From Lama glama (taxonomy: Eukaryota): a stretch of 64,000 bases of DNA. Both the position numbers and the translations under genes were made by a program. The notes beneath the pieces were generated by a model. The model ran no database searches, was not told the origin of the DNA, and worked only from the letters and a program-made list of their open reading frames with translations. This document shows positions 28,401-43,570 of the stretch, piece after piece. The first letter of the stretch is position 1. Every line of letters begins with the position of its first letter. Location: NCBI GenBank assembly GCA_028534125.1, contig CM052816.1, positions 47,804,001-47,868,000 on the forward strand, written 5' to 3'.

Positions 28401-28724
28401 CACAGTAATAGTTCTGATCTTTGAAGGTTGCTATCTACCTCTGAAAAGAGTATGAAAACAATTTAGGCTGACAGAGCTCGAAGAAGGATGGCTACATGCA
28501 CACACCTCACAAGCTCTTCCAAAGAGTGAAGCAGACCCCCGAGACTAGGACTTTTTAGAAACCTCCCCCCACAATCATGGCCAAGTCTCTACACTGGGTA
28601 CCTCATTAAAGTCACTTGTAAAACAGGGAGAAATAATCTCCATCTCAACCTCAAAATAAGTTAAATATTTGTCCTAAACTCCTTCAAAGAAAACTGTAAA
28701 ATGAAAAAGCACTACACAGGCTAT

Positions 28725-28905
28725 ATACACAGTACAGTGGTTAAGAGTACAGGCCCGAGGGCCCTGCCTGTGTCTGAATCCCAGCTCTGGCTGTACAAAC
28801 AGGGCTAACTTCTTAATTTATGAGCCCAAGTCTCCTCATCGACAAAAAGGTACAGAGTAACAGTATCTACCTCATAGAAGGCTGATGAGATATTATCATG
28901 AATGA
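28725..28905 (+). mobile_element. MIR SINE
   Basis: gtacagtggttaagagtacaggc...gaatcccagctctg...tctcctcatc...tatctacctcatag. Confidence 0.7.
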
Positions 28906-31900
28906 ATACAAAATTATACACTTACAAATTACATACACATATACACATATAAGACTACAGAACTGATTAATTCAACTTCATCAACAAAAATCTCAAGTTT
29001 TATACCGTTGCATGATGGATGACTACTTTGTGGATGACCTAAGCCTCAACTGTCTTCCTGCTCTCCAGTCTTGTTTACCTTCCAATTTTGGGATGAGAAC
29101 AGGAGAAACCAATCTTTGTTTCTGCTAAGACATTGATTTTAAGAGGGAATTTCTTCTCCCAAAACCTCTGTTTTGAATGTTACAGGTCATACTATTAATT
29201 GAGGTTGGAGGCACAAAAGAATTCATAAGCTAGAAATTCTTTCATTTCTCCTGGCAATTCTAGAAGGAAACCCGCACGTAGCTCCATCCTTTCCCCAATG
29301 GGGGCATATGCTTTTGCGGGATGGCAAGAACAGTATGCATTTGAGATACTGTGACTTAAATTTGCCTAAAATAACACTTTAATAATAAAGTATCTGTTTC
29401 CCTATTTAGAAGGAAATTATCCCTGTCTTGCTCTGTTTCTCTCTTTCCCTCTCTCTCTCTCTCTAAGGAAGATGGGGGAAAGAAACAGCATGACATTTAA
29501 AAAGTAAATACATTTTTTCCTCAGCTTTTGTTGAAGAATCTTACAGGCAGCAGTGGGGTCCCCTGACTTCATTTTCTCAGACACTACACCATCAGTTTAT
29601 CTAAGATATAACATCCAAGATGAAACTGTACATTAAATAAGTCAACAGTAAAAGAGACAAATTGCACACGTTTCAGGAATCATTTCACCTTTAAATTTGG
29701 AATCACATGAATGTTTTTATGAACATGTTGTATACTGGTGTAGTATATTTAAGGGGCCTTGGAGGGGCCTTTGTGCTTTTCAGTCTTTCCTAATCAGGTA
29801 GAATAATACAGAAATTTATACGAGAACACAAGCTGGTGTGAATATAGACAGTCACTTAATTCAAACTACACAATTATTTACAACTAACTTGACAATCCTA
29901 AATGGAAACTGTCTACTGTAGCAGAAAACAATGAAAATAGCGCTACCATCAGCAAACTTCGTCCAAAAGGGAAACTACACTGAAGTTCCCAGCAGATCAC
30001 TTTTACTTTCCACTATGCTCTTCCTCCTGGTTATGTCACTGACAGGCACCAAAGTTCTTACAGAGAAACATGTGAGCAAATCTACTTGCCAAAAAATCTC
30101 TTGTCACCTGAATCACTCGGAACGCTGTATCCCTGATCATCCTACAAACTTCTCAAGTCCTTCTGTGACTCTCAAAGACATTAATCAGGTTTTCTCATAT
30201 ATGCTGTTCTTTCTGAAATTAAATTGGTTATCTCAGGCTAGTAAGACATAAAGACATATGCTCAAACTACTATAAATCTCCTAAAATCCCCATATTTCCT
30301 TTTAACAAACATAGTTCCTACAGTTGTACAGCCTGAGCTGGTAGTTAAGAAAAGTAAGTTGACTTTTTAAAGTGAAGGGGAAAGTAAAGAAAAGATATCT
30401 TATACTGATTTTATTCAGTCTTTTTTTTTCATCACTTGTAGACAGACTAAAATTTGGTCACAAGTAAATTCACCTGAACAACCACTAGAATAAGCAAAAT
30501 AGATGTAGTACCCCTTACACCAACTGTATTAATTATTAAACTTGAGAAGAAATGTTCATGCGTACGTTAGACATTTGAGTACATTTGTGTTCAGGCAAAT
30601 AACAAGCGTGTGTGTGTCTATGTATTTAGTTATATATCTCAGATCACATTAGCTCAAGGCAAGAGCAGAAACTCTATTTCCTTTTGCCACAGGTAACATA
30701 TTTATAGGGTCCAAAGGAGGTTTTAGTTCTGTGGGAGTATTTGTAAAGAAACAGCACCGTTGCATGCCTATTCATCCAAAAATTCAATTTACTGAAACAG
30801 AAATATACACAAGGTGGGACCAACAACACAATGCACATGCAACCAAAAGTTTATACTGAAGTGCACTCAACCAAGACAGTCTCGTACTCACTAACCTTGA
30901 CTCCCATCATCCTGGAACACAGATAATGAAGGGTAGAAAAAGCCACACCCTCTCCAAAAATGTTATGCACTAATCAAACATTTATTAAAATAAAAAACAA
31001 AAACAACAAAAGCAAAAGCACAATACTTACTAGTAGGAGGCTAGCATCAGTTCCTACCTTACATCCTCCATCTCCGATATCTGTGTAATTTCATTTCTCA
31101 AGAACTACCAATTCTTACAGTTGAGTTTCTCTTAGAAATTCAACAATTACAGTGTCATACCAGTAACTAAGTGCATGAAAACCGGGCAAGGAAACGACTT
31201 GTGATCATCTGGTTCAATGCATTACTCCAACATGGTTATAAACTAACTACCCTGAAGGGGTAGTTTTTCTACTTAAGAAACTTTTTTTAATTTTGCAAAA
31301 TGTTCAATCTAAAACTTGGGAGAGTATGGTGATTCAGTGGCTACCTATTGCAATTAAAATATTCCTTAACCTGTATTTCAAGATATACCTTTAAAACACT
31401 GAATCTAAAGTTTAAAAGCAAACTTCAGTCTAGCATGGCCTCTTATCTAGTCCATCTCCAACAAACTACATGCCAAGCATTGTGCTACATGGTAGGAAAC
31501 AAGTTAACACCAGAGAACACCATAACATAGAAGTTACGGTCTACTGGAGAATACAGACAAAACAGGCACCTGCAGTCAGGTACAGCAAGTACTAGAATGT
31601 GGGGGCATATGGAAAACATCAGTCTTAGCATTTTACTATACACTTCCTGAAAAAACTGATGGCTAAACGGAAACCTAAGAGTTTTTCAGAGTTCAGAATT
31701 CAGCAAGTAATTCAGAGAAAGCAAGGTACTGAGAAGGTGAGAAAGACGTCACAGGCAGAGGGAAAAAGTAAAGACAAAGGCAAAAAAAAGTTTACATACA
31801 GATATGGTAATATGAAAATACTTTAAACTTTCAAAATATACTTTACAAGTCTAATTCTTAGCTGGTAAAACAAAGAATATACCCTCTGAATTAGATTAGA

Positions 31901-34080
31901 CTGATAACCTGACTTGCTGAACTTCTCTTCTTTCAGTACCTCAAAGAGAAATCTATCTTAAAGAACATTTTAAAAGTTCAGAATATTCTCAGATCTATCC
32001 ACTCTTCTGACTGAGCAATAACCCAATGAGGGGCGGGGGGAGTAGGTGTTATAACATAACGCTCAGAGTTGTCTACAATATGCCCATTATCCTCTCCTCT
32101 AAGTCCTTTATATCACAAACAAATTACATTTATTCTGTCAACAAATATTCTTTAAGCACCTACAATGTTTAGGCACTGTTTTAGAGATAGGTTTCCTATG
32201 TTTTCTCAAGGTGTTTTTCCTATGTAACATCTGTTTTAATGCGGTGGAAAAGATTATGCAATTTAGCCACAAGTCATCCTAAAATTAAGGTATTTCCTAG
32301 GGTTTTTTCCTCAGAAATTTCTATTTCTCTACTCTCACTCATGGAAATACCAGTACCTCTCTAGCTCAAACGATAACTTCTGAGGATGAGTCCCAAATTC
32401 TTCTCTAAATCTGACTTTCCTCCTAAGCTTCAGGCCGAATTTAACAAGTACCTGCTAAGAATCTTCACTTTAAGGTGATTACAGCCAAATCTAAAATATC
32501 AGCAACCAACCCTGCGCACATGCTACTCTTTACTACTCTATACTGTTAACGGCAGGAGCATCTTTCCTAGAGTTCAGACTCAAAACTTCAAAAGCAACAT
32601 TGATTCCTTCCTATCTCTCTAGCCGGTAACACTACTGCCAACTTGCATATTGCATCTGCAACACCATTGGAAACTCTGTTATTTTCCATTTCCTCACCAA
32701 TTACTCTAGCCCAGGCCCTCTTTTCCTCTCCTACTATTTCAACCCTTCCTACAACTGTAGAAAGACTCATCTTCAGAACAGATTCTTACTAAACCATAGG
32801 CTTAATCACTTTACTCTAGGAACTCAAAAAAAGTCTACAAATGGCTCCCCATTACCAAATGATGTATAAGCTACTCAACTTGGTACTCAAAGGCCAACAC
32901 AAAAGGCACCAACCTACCTTTGAGGGAGAAATGTGAAGAACTTAGAGGAAAAAGATAAAAAGAAAAAGAGGTTTAGGTTTTGAAGTATGTTTGTGATTGT
33001 CAAATTTAACCATCTACTGCTTACCTAGAAATCAGAATAAGCTCTTCATTGGCTTCTGTCAAGCTGATTATTTTTCCCACAGCTCTTCTTTTATTTCTCC
33101 AAGTACATTATGAAACCAGAGGCCCTTGTTAAGATAACCAAAGTAACTGTCCAAAGAAAGAATTGTTCTCCAAATACCACGGCCAGAACAACAAGACCTT
33201 CCAAGGCATTTGTTAAAAGCAGGGGAGCCAAGGCACAAGCTCATAGTTATTTCTTATATTTGCTTTAAATTTACACTCTTTCCAAATAGATCTGGTTTCT
33301 AGGAATTCTAGCACAAAGAAACTAAACATCTAAATTCATCCACAAAAATGTCCGCCTAAAATGTATTAACACTTTGATAGATTTGAACACTTGCCTTACG
33401 TTTTCCTAAAATGTAATTATAAAACTAAGTAACAAACAAATTATGTAAGAAGTCAAAGAAATTTGATTCACTAGTTTCACTAATAGAATCACTTTCACTA
33501 ATAGAAGTCAAAGGAGCAGCCTGCATACTCACTTTTTAAAATTAGGTTTATTTTTACCTATGGTGTATTTTACTTTAACATCAACATTGTTTCTTAAGCA
33601 AGATGAATAACAGTAATTGCTGGGAAATATTTAATTTGCTTGATTACTAACAGATTAATTAAAAACAATGGAAAAAAAAAGACTTGTTCTCAAATGCTAC
33701 TACTTAAATACATAAAATGTAACACCAACAGTTGTTCAACCCTCTCTTATATCAGCATTCTAACATGAGATATCAAACAGTACTCTGTACTCACTCCAGA
33801 CTGAGACATTCTGAAAACCCCAGAAGACAGCTACTTCTTTAAAAGCACAAGATCTTTTAAAAAGGAAGTTTTTGCCTGTTAGCCATTAATAAGAGCTTCC
33901 ACATAATTCTGTACATATTTATGAACAGTGACTATGAAAATCAGAATATATCCATTTTTCTTAGAACATATCCATTTTAATACAAAACTCAATATTTTAA
34001 ACAATTTGGAAACCTCTCTCTGCCTAGCTCCCAAATATAATGCCCTCAACAAAAGGTGCAATATTTAAGAAGATTTTGTT

Positions 34081-34175
34081 AAAATTTATTTTTTAGAGGA
34101 GATACTAGGGATTGAACCCAAGACCTCGTGCATGCTAGGGATGTGCTCTAGCACTTGAGGTATATCCTCCCCTCC
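34081..34175 (-). mobile_element. tRNA-derived SINE (camelid Vic-1-like) with perfect TSD
   Basis: Minus strand GGAGGGGAGGATATACCTCAAGTGCTAGAGCAC...GGGTTCAATCCCTAG...AAAAAATAAA; exact 14-bp direct repeat aagaagattttgtt at 34067-34080 and 34176-34189. Confidence 0.9.
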
Positions 34176-34299
34176 AAGAAGATTTTGTTCAGCATCCCCA
34201 AAACAAGAGGATTATCATTTGTGTAATCTAGGTCACACATCCATCATACTCATCTGGTTTCATGATACAGAGTATTAATCAACATAAATCATTCCTAAC

Positions 34300-35270
34300 T
34301 CTCCAGCCAGCCATAACTGACAACCTGCATTTCCAACAGCTGCCAGACCCTTTCAATTTGAGTATCTCAGCAGATAACTCAAACTCAACACATCAAAAAA
34401 TGACCACACCATCATTCCTCCCACGCTCCTCCTCCTCTTTCTCTCCTGTTTCTCATCCTTACATATGTCACACGTCAATCAACTCATCCAAGCTATTAGG
34501 TAGAACCATATATTGCTGTTTTTTTAAGGTTAAAAAAAATTACATATGGTTAAACTTATTGGAAACCTCTCTCACAACAGTATCTCTGACTTATTCCTCT
34601 ATTCTGTGTCCTACATATCCAGTCAAAAAGCCTTAACAATTCCTACTTCTCAATACCCTTTCATCTATCTAACCACTTCCTTTCCCACTGTCAGTCAGTA
34701 TCCCTCCTCACCATGCCCTGTAGTAGTTCTGCATGAGGTCTTTGAGCTTCACTGCTCTTGCATTTCCTTATACACCTGTAATAACGCCTCCCAAAACAGC
34801 TATGCGTGAATCACAACTCAAAAACAAACGGTCCCATTGCTTATAGAACAAAATCCAAACTACTGACATGGCATTCAGTAATTCTTATGACTTTGCCAAT
34901 CTTCACAGGACTGCTTGCCACTTCCCAAACATACCAAGCACACACTTTCAAGCCACCATCCCCTTGATCATGCTATTCCTTCATCTGAAATGTCCTTACT
35001 GCCAGCCCTTTGCCTATCCATGTCATTCTTCTATGCCTACCTCACATGCCATCTACTTTGTCCTCTGGTCATAATTAATTTTCGTCTATCATGTTCCTAG
35101 CTTATTTATTATGCCCTTTTCTGATATTTATCATTTCTGTAATATAGTCATTTTCACATCCATTTTCTCCATTAGGTTGAAAAGTACTTGAGGATACGGG
35201 GGACATATAAGTCATCTTCACAATTCTCTACCCTAACACTTGGTACAATGTTTGAACATAGTAGGCATTG
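34300..35270 (+). mobile_element. L2 LINE 3' region
   Basis: Pyrimidine-rich decayed L2 ending cttggtacaatgtttgaacatagtaggcatt. Confidence 0.6.
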
Positions 35271-36201
35271 ACCGGCAGGAGGCTAAGAAGAAAAAATCTG
35301 TCAAAAATTCCTGCCTACACTGAGATTCTGAAGTCATAATCCCTTACTGGAATCCACCTATCTAGCTAAATGCCTTGCATTCTCCCATTCAAGCTATTCC
35401 TCAACCCATACTGTCCACCCACTCTATCCTAGAGATCTTTTATCACTCTTCCCCCTAGGGGACACTAGGCCTCCAGGCAGAGCCCAAATTCCACCTCCCC
35501 AAAGGAATTATCTAAAACCCACTCTGCCCAATGTGGTGTTTTAAATCTAAAAATCATCAAGCATATAATGCCTTGTGGTCACATCAATTTTCTCAGTAGA
35601 AAAATTGAGTAGAAACACTAGTTCCCTCACCCGGACACCCCAACATCTCCTACTCTGAAGTCCCCCAATGCTGGCAATCCGTACAACTGGCTGACATTCA
35701 AAGATGCTGATTTGGGAGGTGCCTGTTCAGCAACCCCTCCCCACTCAGGGAAAACTCACACTCACACGCACACCCCCCACTGGGAACTCTTTCTCCCTCA
35801 CTTCCAACAACATGACTTCTGAGGAGGCTTTCATTTTCTTTGAAGAATGTGGCCTAGTCAAAATCGATCATTTCATGCTGAACCAAGCAGAGTCAAAGTT
35901 TCTTTCCAATTATTTTTTTCACACTGGAACTGAGAGTCAGTCTTTTTCTGATGGTAAAAGCTATAGGATGCAAGGCCAAAGAAAGGGTTTCTGTTCATTT
36001 GTTTCCTAGGTTTTCCAATACATGGAAAAGCCAGTCTATAAGAAGAATGAAGGTTACAGGGCCAAACAGATAAAGAGATGGAAATGAAGATTCATGAGAA
36101 TATTCCAATCCCTGGCTCCAGTTATCGCTGAGATCCCAGTTACAAGCGCCTACCTTTCCCTTAGTTGAGCTGTTCATCTCATTCCTCTATTACCTCTAGA
36201 C

Positions 36202-38745
36202 CAGTTTTTTTTTGGTCTCTAGGTACTTTGACATATCTAAAAAATGACTGGACCCCAAAGAATGTGTTTATGTAGGTTGTATCTATCAACATTAACAGTA
36301 ATAGAAATTAAAACTGAAGACATTCTAAATGCCTACTAATTAATTTTAAATTAATACATAATAGAGTTACTATTTTCAATATAGAAAACATTCTTTACGT
36401 AAAAGTAACCATAATTTCCCAAAAACATGCAGTGAAAAGAGCAGAATCATTTTACATTCTTAGATACTCTTTAATAGCTAACTTAACAGAAGACAGCTGG
36501 ATTCCCATATATGTTTCTGAATTCAGTCAGTCACTATATATTGTTTTGGTTGAGTGTTACCTAATGTAGTTACTTAAAAGTTAGATAAAATGTAGAATCT
36601 AATCACATCTAAAATGTTTTAAGCTCTGCTATTAAAATCCACTGATGTACCATTTATTCATGCATATTTTGTAGCATCATGCAATAGCCACAAGGTGATA
36701 TTGGTTCACTGAGTTACAAAGATCTTGCAGGTGTTAACATGTTTTATTGCATGTCAAAATATCACATTCTTTATACCACCACTAGACAGGAAAGTAGGCC
36801 TCGGTTGTCTAAACTGCATATCTGGCCCTTGCCCAGCTCTTAGGAGGTAACCTCTATGCCCTTGAAATATCCTTCCCAGTAAGAGTGTCGATTTACTGAG
36901 AACCTTGAGCCATGATGGATAATTTACACTAATATGATTTATGGTATGGGATTTAGTCCATTTCTGAAGTCAAACTGATGGAGTAACTAAGATCAGCCGC
37001 AAGGGGGCGCCAGCCCTACATCACTAAACTTCAATAAAAATTCTGACCATCAAAGCTCACGAGAGCTTTCCTGATTGGCAATATTTCTCATGTGTTGTCC
37101 CACACTGTTGCTGGAAGAATTAAGCACTGTGTGACTCCACTGGGAGAACACAACTAGAAGCTTGCATCTAGTCTCTCCTGAACTCAGCCCTACAGCACTT
37201 TCTTCCCTGATTTTAATCTGTATCCTCTTGCTATAATAAACTGTTGATGTGAGTGCAACAGCTTTGCCAAGTTCTGCTTACTCATAGCTAGAAAATTACT
37301 GAATCTGAGGGTGATTTTAGGAATCTCCGACGACCACCTCCAATACCATCAGAAATGTTGTCAGCAGGCACTAACATAGGTGTCACGATTCTTTCCAGGT
37401 AATAAGCATAACCTTAAAAAAAAGTGGCACTGTCTTCAAAAAAGTGGTTATGTCCCTGGCTTTGGTGGGGTTTTCTTCAAGAAATAGAAAGTACTGCAAG
37501 TGTATACTATACATCCTTTATAGCTGACCACTGATTTGTTCTGGAGTTCAGCATAAAACTTCTAATTTTGTTCTGGTTTAGCGAAATGCCAAGTCTGTTC
37601 CTAATTCTAGCTATTACAGTTGCACATGTGAATAACATCCATATTGTAGTTTATGGATTGGTACCATTTGAAATAAACAGTACACTGAAATACTGATCTA
37701 AAAGTTTTTGAGATGCTTATCAATTGACAGTTTTCTTAGCTCCAGAAGAGTCTGAATTATTATTTTTTAAATTATAACTTACAACATTAAATTGGCTCTT
37801 TTAAATATATTAGGAATTTAAATATAAGCAGGCTACTTTGTCTTGGAGCATGGAAAAACTTCCTCACAAGTCATTTTTCTCTTTAGAAAAAAATAAGCAA
37901 AAATATTTGTTAAACTATATATACACACATATATATATGTGTATATAGTCTGTAAATAAGTGTAGCATATAAAGGTATACAAAGCTGATAGTATGTAATA
38001 TTTCATCCAAATAATTCTTGTATCTTGAGAAAATGTTAAACAGTTTAATAGTGTCATAATAAATTTTTGCCCAGAAAAAAAAAACAGAAAAGCGTTAAGT
38101 ATTTCAGAAACTCAACGCTACAGCTGCGAATAAGTTTCTAAAATTCTGATTTTTACTTGAAAGCTCAAATTTTGCTTAAAAGCCATCAAATACCATCAGC
38201 TATTTTCCTTAAAGTGAGAGGCTCACTTTGTTCTCCCGCACCAAGAAGTCTGTCAAATACTGAAGTGCTACTAACCACAGTCAGTCATTCTGCATAGCAA
38301 AATAGTGTGCTAAAGCAGCAGCGAGCTCAGCTCTCAAGTGATCACACAACTGCTTTTCAAGACAATGTACTTAGAAATGCAGCATTATGTGCATTTTCCA
38401 TTTCATCACAAGAAACGTTAAAAAGACGGATGCTCAAGGACTGCAACTTATACAATAAAATTAATAATTACACCACTCCAACAAAGACGATCTTAATTGA
38501 AACTGGCTTTTTTCTTTTTCTCTGCATGTGTATGGCAGTGATGAATACAATGACTACTAACAGTCTGGTGACACTGCATTAATTTATACTAAAATACCAG
38601 AAGTTTTTACCTCCCACTGCTATGAACCATCAGTGCAAAAGTCAGCAAAGTAAAAAGTGGCAAATAACGGCTTACTTAGTACTACGCAAACCTTTATAGA
38701 TTTACTGAAAAGGTCTCAGGAAACCCCAGGGTTCAAAGCCAGTAT
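36202..38745. mobile_element. Second Charlie1-type element, split by later insertions
   Basis: Preceded by ctctagac; 36202-36780 and about 38080-38745 are colinear homologs of the 21159-22504 copy (shared ttggttcactgag, atcacattctt, gaaagctcaaatt, gtcaatcattct/gtcagtcattct). Confidence 0.75.
36790..37332 (+). mobile_element. MER21-like ERV solo LTR nested in Charlie1
   Basis: ggaggtaacctcta...cccttgaaatatcct, tgactccactgggagaacacaactagaagctt and gattttaatctgtatcct...aataaa match recalled MER21. Confidence 0.7.
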
Positions 38746-41149
38746 CTTAGTCAAAGCAGACTACAATGGTCTATCAATTCTAGGGAAGCTGTTCCAACCT
38801 CTTGAACAATCTCAGCTAAGCCTATCATCTTTCATATGAAAGACAAGGCCATCACCAATATTATAACAAAAGTTTAATTTTTCCCTATTTCTTTATGCCA
38901 AGCTCACCAGCTTCCATGAGGTATGAATGTTTGGTTGTCATTGTTTTTATATAAGATAAACTCTATTATAAAAGTACCTAATTTACAAATATTTTATTAA
39001 CTCAAACATTTTATTGATATGTTTCAGATTTTTTTTACTTTCTAGCTGACATCTTCCTTCTACTTACTAATATTTTGATGATCAATTCCATTCTCTTTAG
39101 ATTACTAATTTTTCTTTAGTTGAATCTTAAGCTTACGGAATTCTTCAAAATTCTTTTAAAATTCCTTAGTTTCTACTTGATGGTTTGCTATGTTCCTTAT
39201 CTTTAACATAATAGAAATGTCTTACTTAGAGATCCCTCTAAGTTATGCAAAAAGAAATGAACTTCAAGTCAGCTAATCATCACTCAATTGATCTTTGAAA
39301 TCAATAAGCTCCTTGACATTACTTGCTATAGTGAACAACCCGAATCCTTCCTCTAGTCAAAACATTACAAATACCTCCTTCCTCTTCTTCCCTCTAAAGC
39401 CTTCCCTCCAGAGTATCCAACAAGCAGCGTAACTTTCAACTACCATGTACACGTCAATTCCAGAAAAGGACCTTACCACATATAAAAATTGAATATACAA
39501 TGGAAGGCATATCACAAAAAGGATTCAATAATAGTCCTGGCAACAATCAACTAGATGTTTGGAAAATAACCAACTAAGATTCCCAAACAAAATAAGTGTC
39601 AGAGAAATTAACTACTTTTTTAAACCAACTATAAAAATCTTGATATATGACAATCCATGCTTGAAAGCCAAAAAAGAAAAAAATATATATATACACACAA
39701 TTATTGCGATATGACAGCACAAAAACTGAGTATGTCAAAATAAAAGTAAGCAGAGTATTAAATGCACACGTAATCATATAACACACACAAGGAACATCAC
39801 TGTAGCTATTTACAATATATATGACTGGATAAAACTTAATGACTAAGAGATCTGAGTAAATAAATTACACACATCCAATAGAAAACTACGTACTACTTAA
39901 AAGAATTAGGTAGTTCAAACATACATGATGACAAAAAAAAACTCAACGAGTCCTACTCTGACCACCCAATTTAAAATTTGCACTGGCACTACCAATACCC
40001 CGTTATCCTGTCCAATTTTTCTTCTTTTTTTTAATCACAGCCCTTATAGCTTCTAGCATTTTGTACAATTTGTTTATCATGTATATTGTCTTTCCTCCAG
40101 CAAAGTGTAACCTCCAAAGAAGTATCTTCATCTGCTTACTCATGTATCCTAAGCATCTAGAACAGTGCCTGGCACAAGATAGGTTCAGAAAGGTTTATCT
40201 GTTAAATAAATATACCCAAAAAGTGACAGTTAAACTTAGAAAGTGTAACTAGAGAATTCAGAGCTAATGGCGGAAAGAAATCTTTTAACTAAAGAATAAT
40301 TTTTTAGGTCTTTTCACACATACTGCATCTTTTCCCTGTGTGCAAGTATATACTGCCCACTAGTAAACTTAATAATCTGAACACTCATAACAATCACACA
40401 TATGGTATACATATACATGTATAAACAAAAATATATATTTTATATACACAGACATATATATATAACAGCAGACATATATAGATATGTAATAGCAATGGTT
40501 ACTATTAAGAACAGTAAGATTAGGAAGGTATGAAGAAGTGGAGTGGAGACATTTTCCTTTTTTTTTTTTTAACAAGAGGTATGTATGTAATACTTGCTAC
40601 ATCACTTGCCACAGAATAATCCTTCAACCAACAATAACTAGAAATGGCAAACAATACAACCAAAACCAGAGGCCTGTCCAGCTGAAGTCACCTAAGAGTT
40701 GGGGGGCAATCAAAACTTGAGGAGTCAAATTTCACAGAAAGTGGAGTGCCAATCCAGCACTCACTTTCCCACTCTTGCCCTCACAGTATTTGCTGACTGC
40801 AGTCATAAAGCAAGAGGCTGAGAATCCATACAGAAGACCAGCATTTCTGCCTGGGTCCGATCAGGAGGAAGGGATCCAGCAGAGCTTTCGGCAGTCACGC
40901 AAAGCTGGTGAAACCTACTGGAGACCTGAAGGGCCAGTATTCTCATTATAAAGGAAAAATAGAACATTGAACCGAAGGCTGAACTAAATCCCCTGTAGAG
41001 ACATTTACTAAATTCTGAAGCTACAGGAATAAGCAGCTCAGGAAAGAATGCATAACAAAATGAAGTCTTTGAAAATTTTGTGACTCAAGTGATTTGACCA
41101 CATTCTGTCTGCTCAGCAGAGGAAAAGGTGAGCCATCTTCTGTAGCAGA

Positions 41150-43570
41150 TTATCACTCAGATCCTATATAAACTGTCAAACACAATGTCTGGCATTTAAT
41201 TAAAAATTAGGCACACCAAGAAACAGGATCCAATAAAAGAAAATAAACCAGCAAAATAAAACAAAGATATAATATAAAACTTCAGGGAAAAAAAGTTGTT
41301 CTGCAAGAGATTAACAACTTGGAGAAATTCTGGAAAAAATGATCAAAAGAAAAAAAAATGCCACAAATTATCAGTCTCAGACTCACAGATAAATAAATCT
41401 GAAATTAATAAAGAGACTTTAATAATTTAAGAAAATACGTGAAAAGGTAAAATAAAGATGGAATTTAACCACAAACTGAAATGATTAAAAAGTATCTGAA
41501 TTTACAAAATTAAGAACTAAATATGAGAGTAACAGCAAATTAGGTTTATTTTTAAAACCAAAAAAATGGGTAACTTTTGGAGAAAAGAGCACATAAGATG
41601 GATGGGACATAATAAAAAGTGGTTAATATATATGTGGAGTCTCAGAAGAAGGAAGAAGAGAATTAAGCAAAGACAAAATCTGAAGAGAAAATGGCCAAGA
41701 ATTTTGCAAATCCAAAGAAAGGTATCAATCAAAAGATTCAAGAAGCTAGAAACAATGAGAGAAAGAGATAGAGACAATGAGAGAAAAGGAACGAAAGGAA
41801 GGAAGGGAAAAGAAAGAAAAGAAAGACCTCTTGCCACATCTAGGTACACGTACGTACAAGTGCGTATTTAGATAAACAGAAAGTAAATTTGTTGACAGCT
41901 GATGTTTAGCAAAAGAAATTGTATAGGCAAAGAAGTTCTATATAGGCAAAAAAAAAAAAAAAGATTCACATAAGAAAGCCCAGAAATACAGTATAAAGAA
42001 AAAAAAGGAAACACAGGGATAAATCTAAATAAGCATTAACTGTATAAAGCAATACTATCTAGTGAGTATTAAAGAATATGTAGAAATTCAGGACAATAAG
42101 GTAAAAAGCAGGAGAAGTGTAAGTAGACTTCAAGTGTTCTAAGTTCTTAGCATTGTTAAGGAAGTGGTAAAAATAAATATTTTCAGGAGATTGCAATAAA
42201 TCAATGATATGTGTTGTAATCTCTAAGGCAATCACTAAAAGATCAAGATTGTCAGAAAGGATAAAAAATAAAACACTTACAAGAGATACATTTAAAATGG
42301 AAGAAAACAGAAAAGTTGAAAGTAAAAGGATGGGAAAAGCTATATGCCAGAACTAATCAAAAGAAAAATGATGTCAGACCAACTAGATTTTAAGACACGA
42401 AGTATTTTAACAGTTAATAAGGGGCATTTCATAATAAAAAAGGGGTAATTCATCAGGAATTTAAGCTAAGCTGATAGTGCATATATCCAAGAAAGTAACA
42501 TCAAAATAAAAACCACAGTAGGTTGGGAAGCTTTCCCACCTTTCTCTTAATAGGTGATAAAAGAAGCAAACAAAATAGAGAAAAAAAAAACAGTACACAT
42601 AAAAAGATATGATCAAGATTCACAAATATAATATAATGACCTATACAGAAATAATATCCAATAACAAAATAATATATATTCTTTTCAAATGAACATAGAA
42701 CATTTATCAAAACTATCATATGCTGAATCAAAAAGGAATCCTCATTTCAAAGGACTGAAATCAGAGTATGTTCTCTGGATTAACGGAATTAATCAAGGAA
42801 TCACTAAACAAAATAAAAAAGAAAAAAGAAAATTAAAAAAACAATACTCACATCTATTTGGAACTTAGCCAATATAATTCTTAACTCTTGAATCAAAGAA
42901 TTCACAATGGAAAATAGAAAGTACTTAAATGAATGATAATGAAGCTAGGACATATAAAAGGTTGTGACATGCAGCTGAAACTACACTTAAGAGGTAAATC
43001 TGTAGCCTAAAATGCCTGTATCAAAAAAGAATGACAGTAAGTACTTAAATATCCATTATTTAAGAAATAAGTCATAGAACAAAAATCTAATCTGAAAAAG
43101 AAAGTAGAAAAGAACAGAATTAATGAAATCAAAAGCAAAGATACTGAAACAAAACTTCAGAAAACAAAAGTTGATTTCTGGAAAGATTAATAAAATTGAT
43201 AATTCTAGCAAAACTAATCAAAAATGTCATAAATTATCATTTTCAGCAATGTAAAGGGAGAACATCTTAAGGTCCTACAGAAGAACAATTAGTCACACTA
43301 TCATTTATCAAGACTTTTTGCAAAGACAGACAAGCAAACCAAAGGAATAGAATTGAGATGTAACAACAGGTTCACACATAGAAGAATCATCATCTTGACC
43401 TCTACTTTGCTCCAGATATAAAAATCAATTCCATATGTATGTTACATCTAAAGGTGAAAGGTAAAATAGTAAAGCTTCTAGAAAATATATAGGCAAATAC
43501 ATTCATGACTTTTGGGCAGGCAAAGATTTCTTAAGACCAAAAAAAAGCACCAGTTATAAAGGGAAAAATG
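41150..43570 (+). mobile_element. Old, degraded L1 (L1M) ORF1/ORF2 region
   Basis: A-rich plus strand with L1 ORF2 hallmarks (gaaagtaaaaggatgggaaaag, catagaacatttatcaaaa, aaagttgatttctggaaagattaataaaattgat, ggcaaagatttctta); no intact ORF. Confidence 0.8.
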
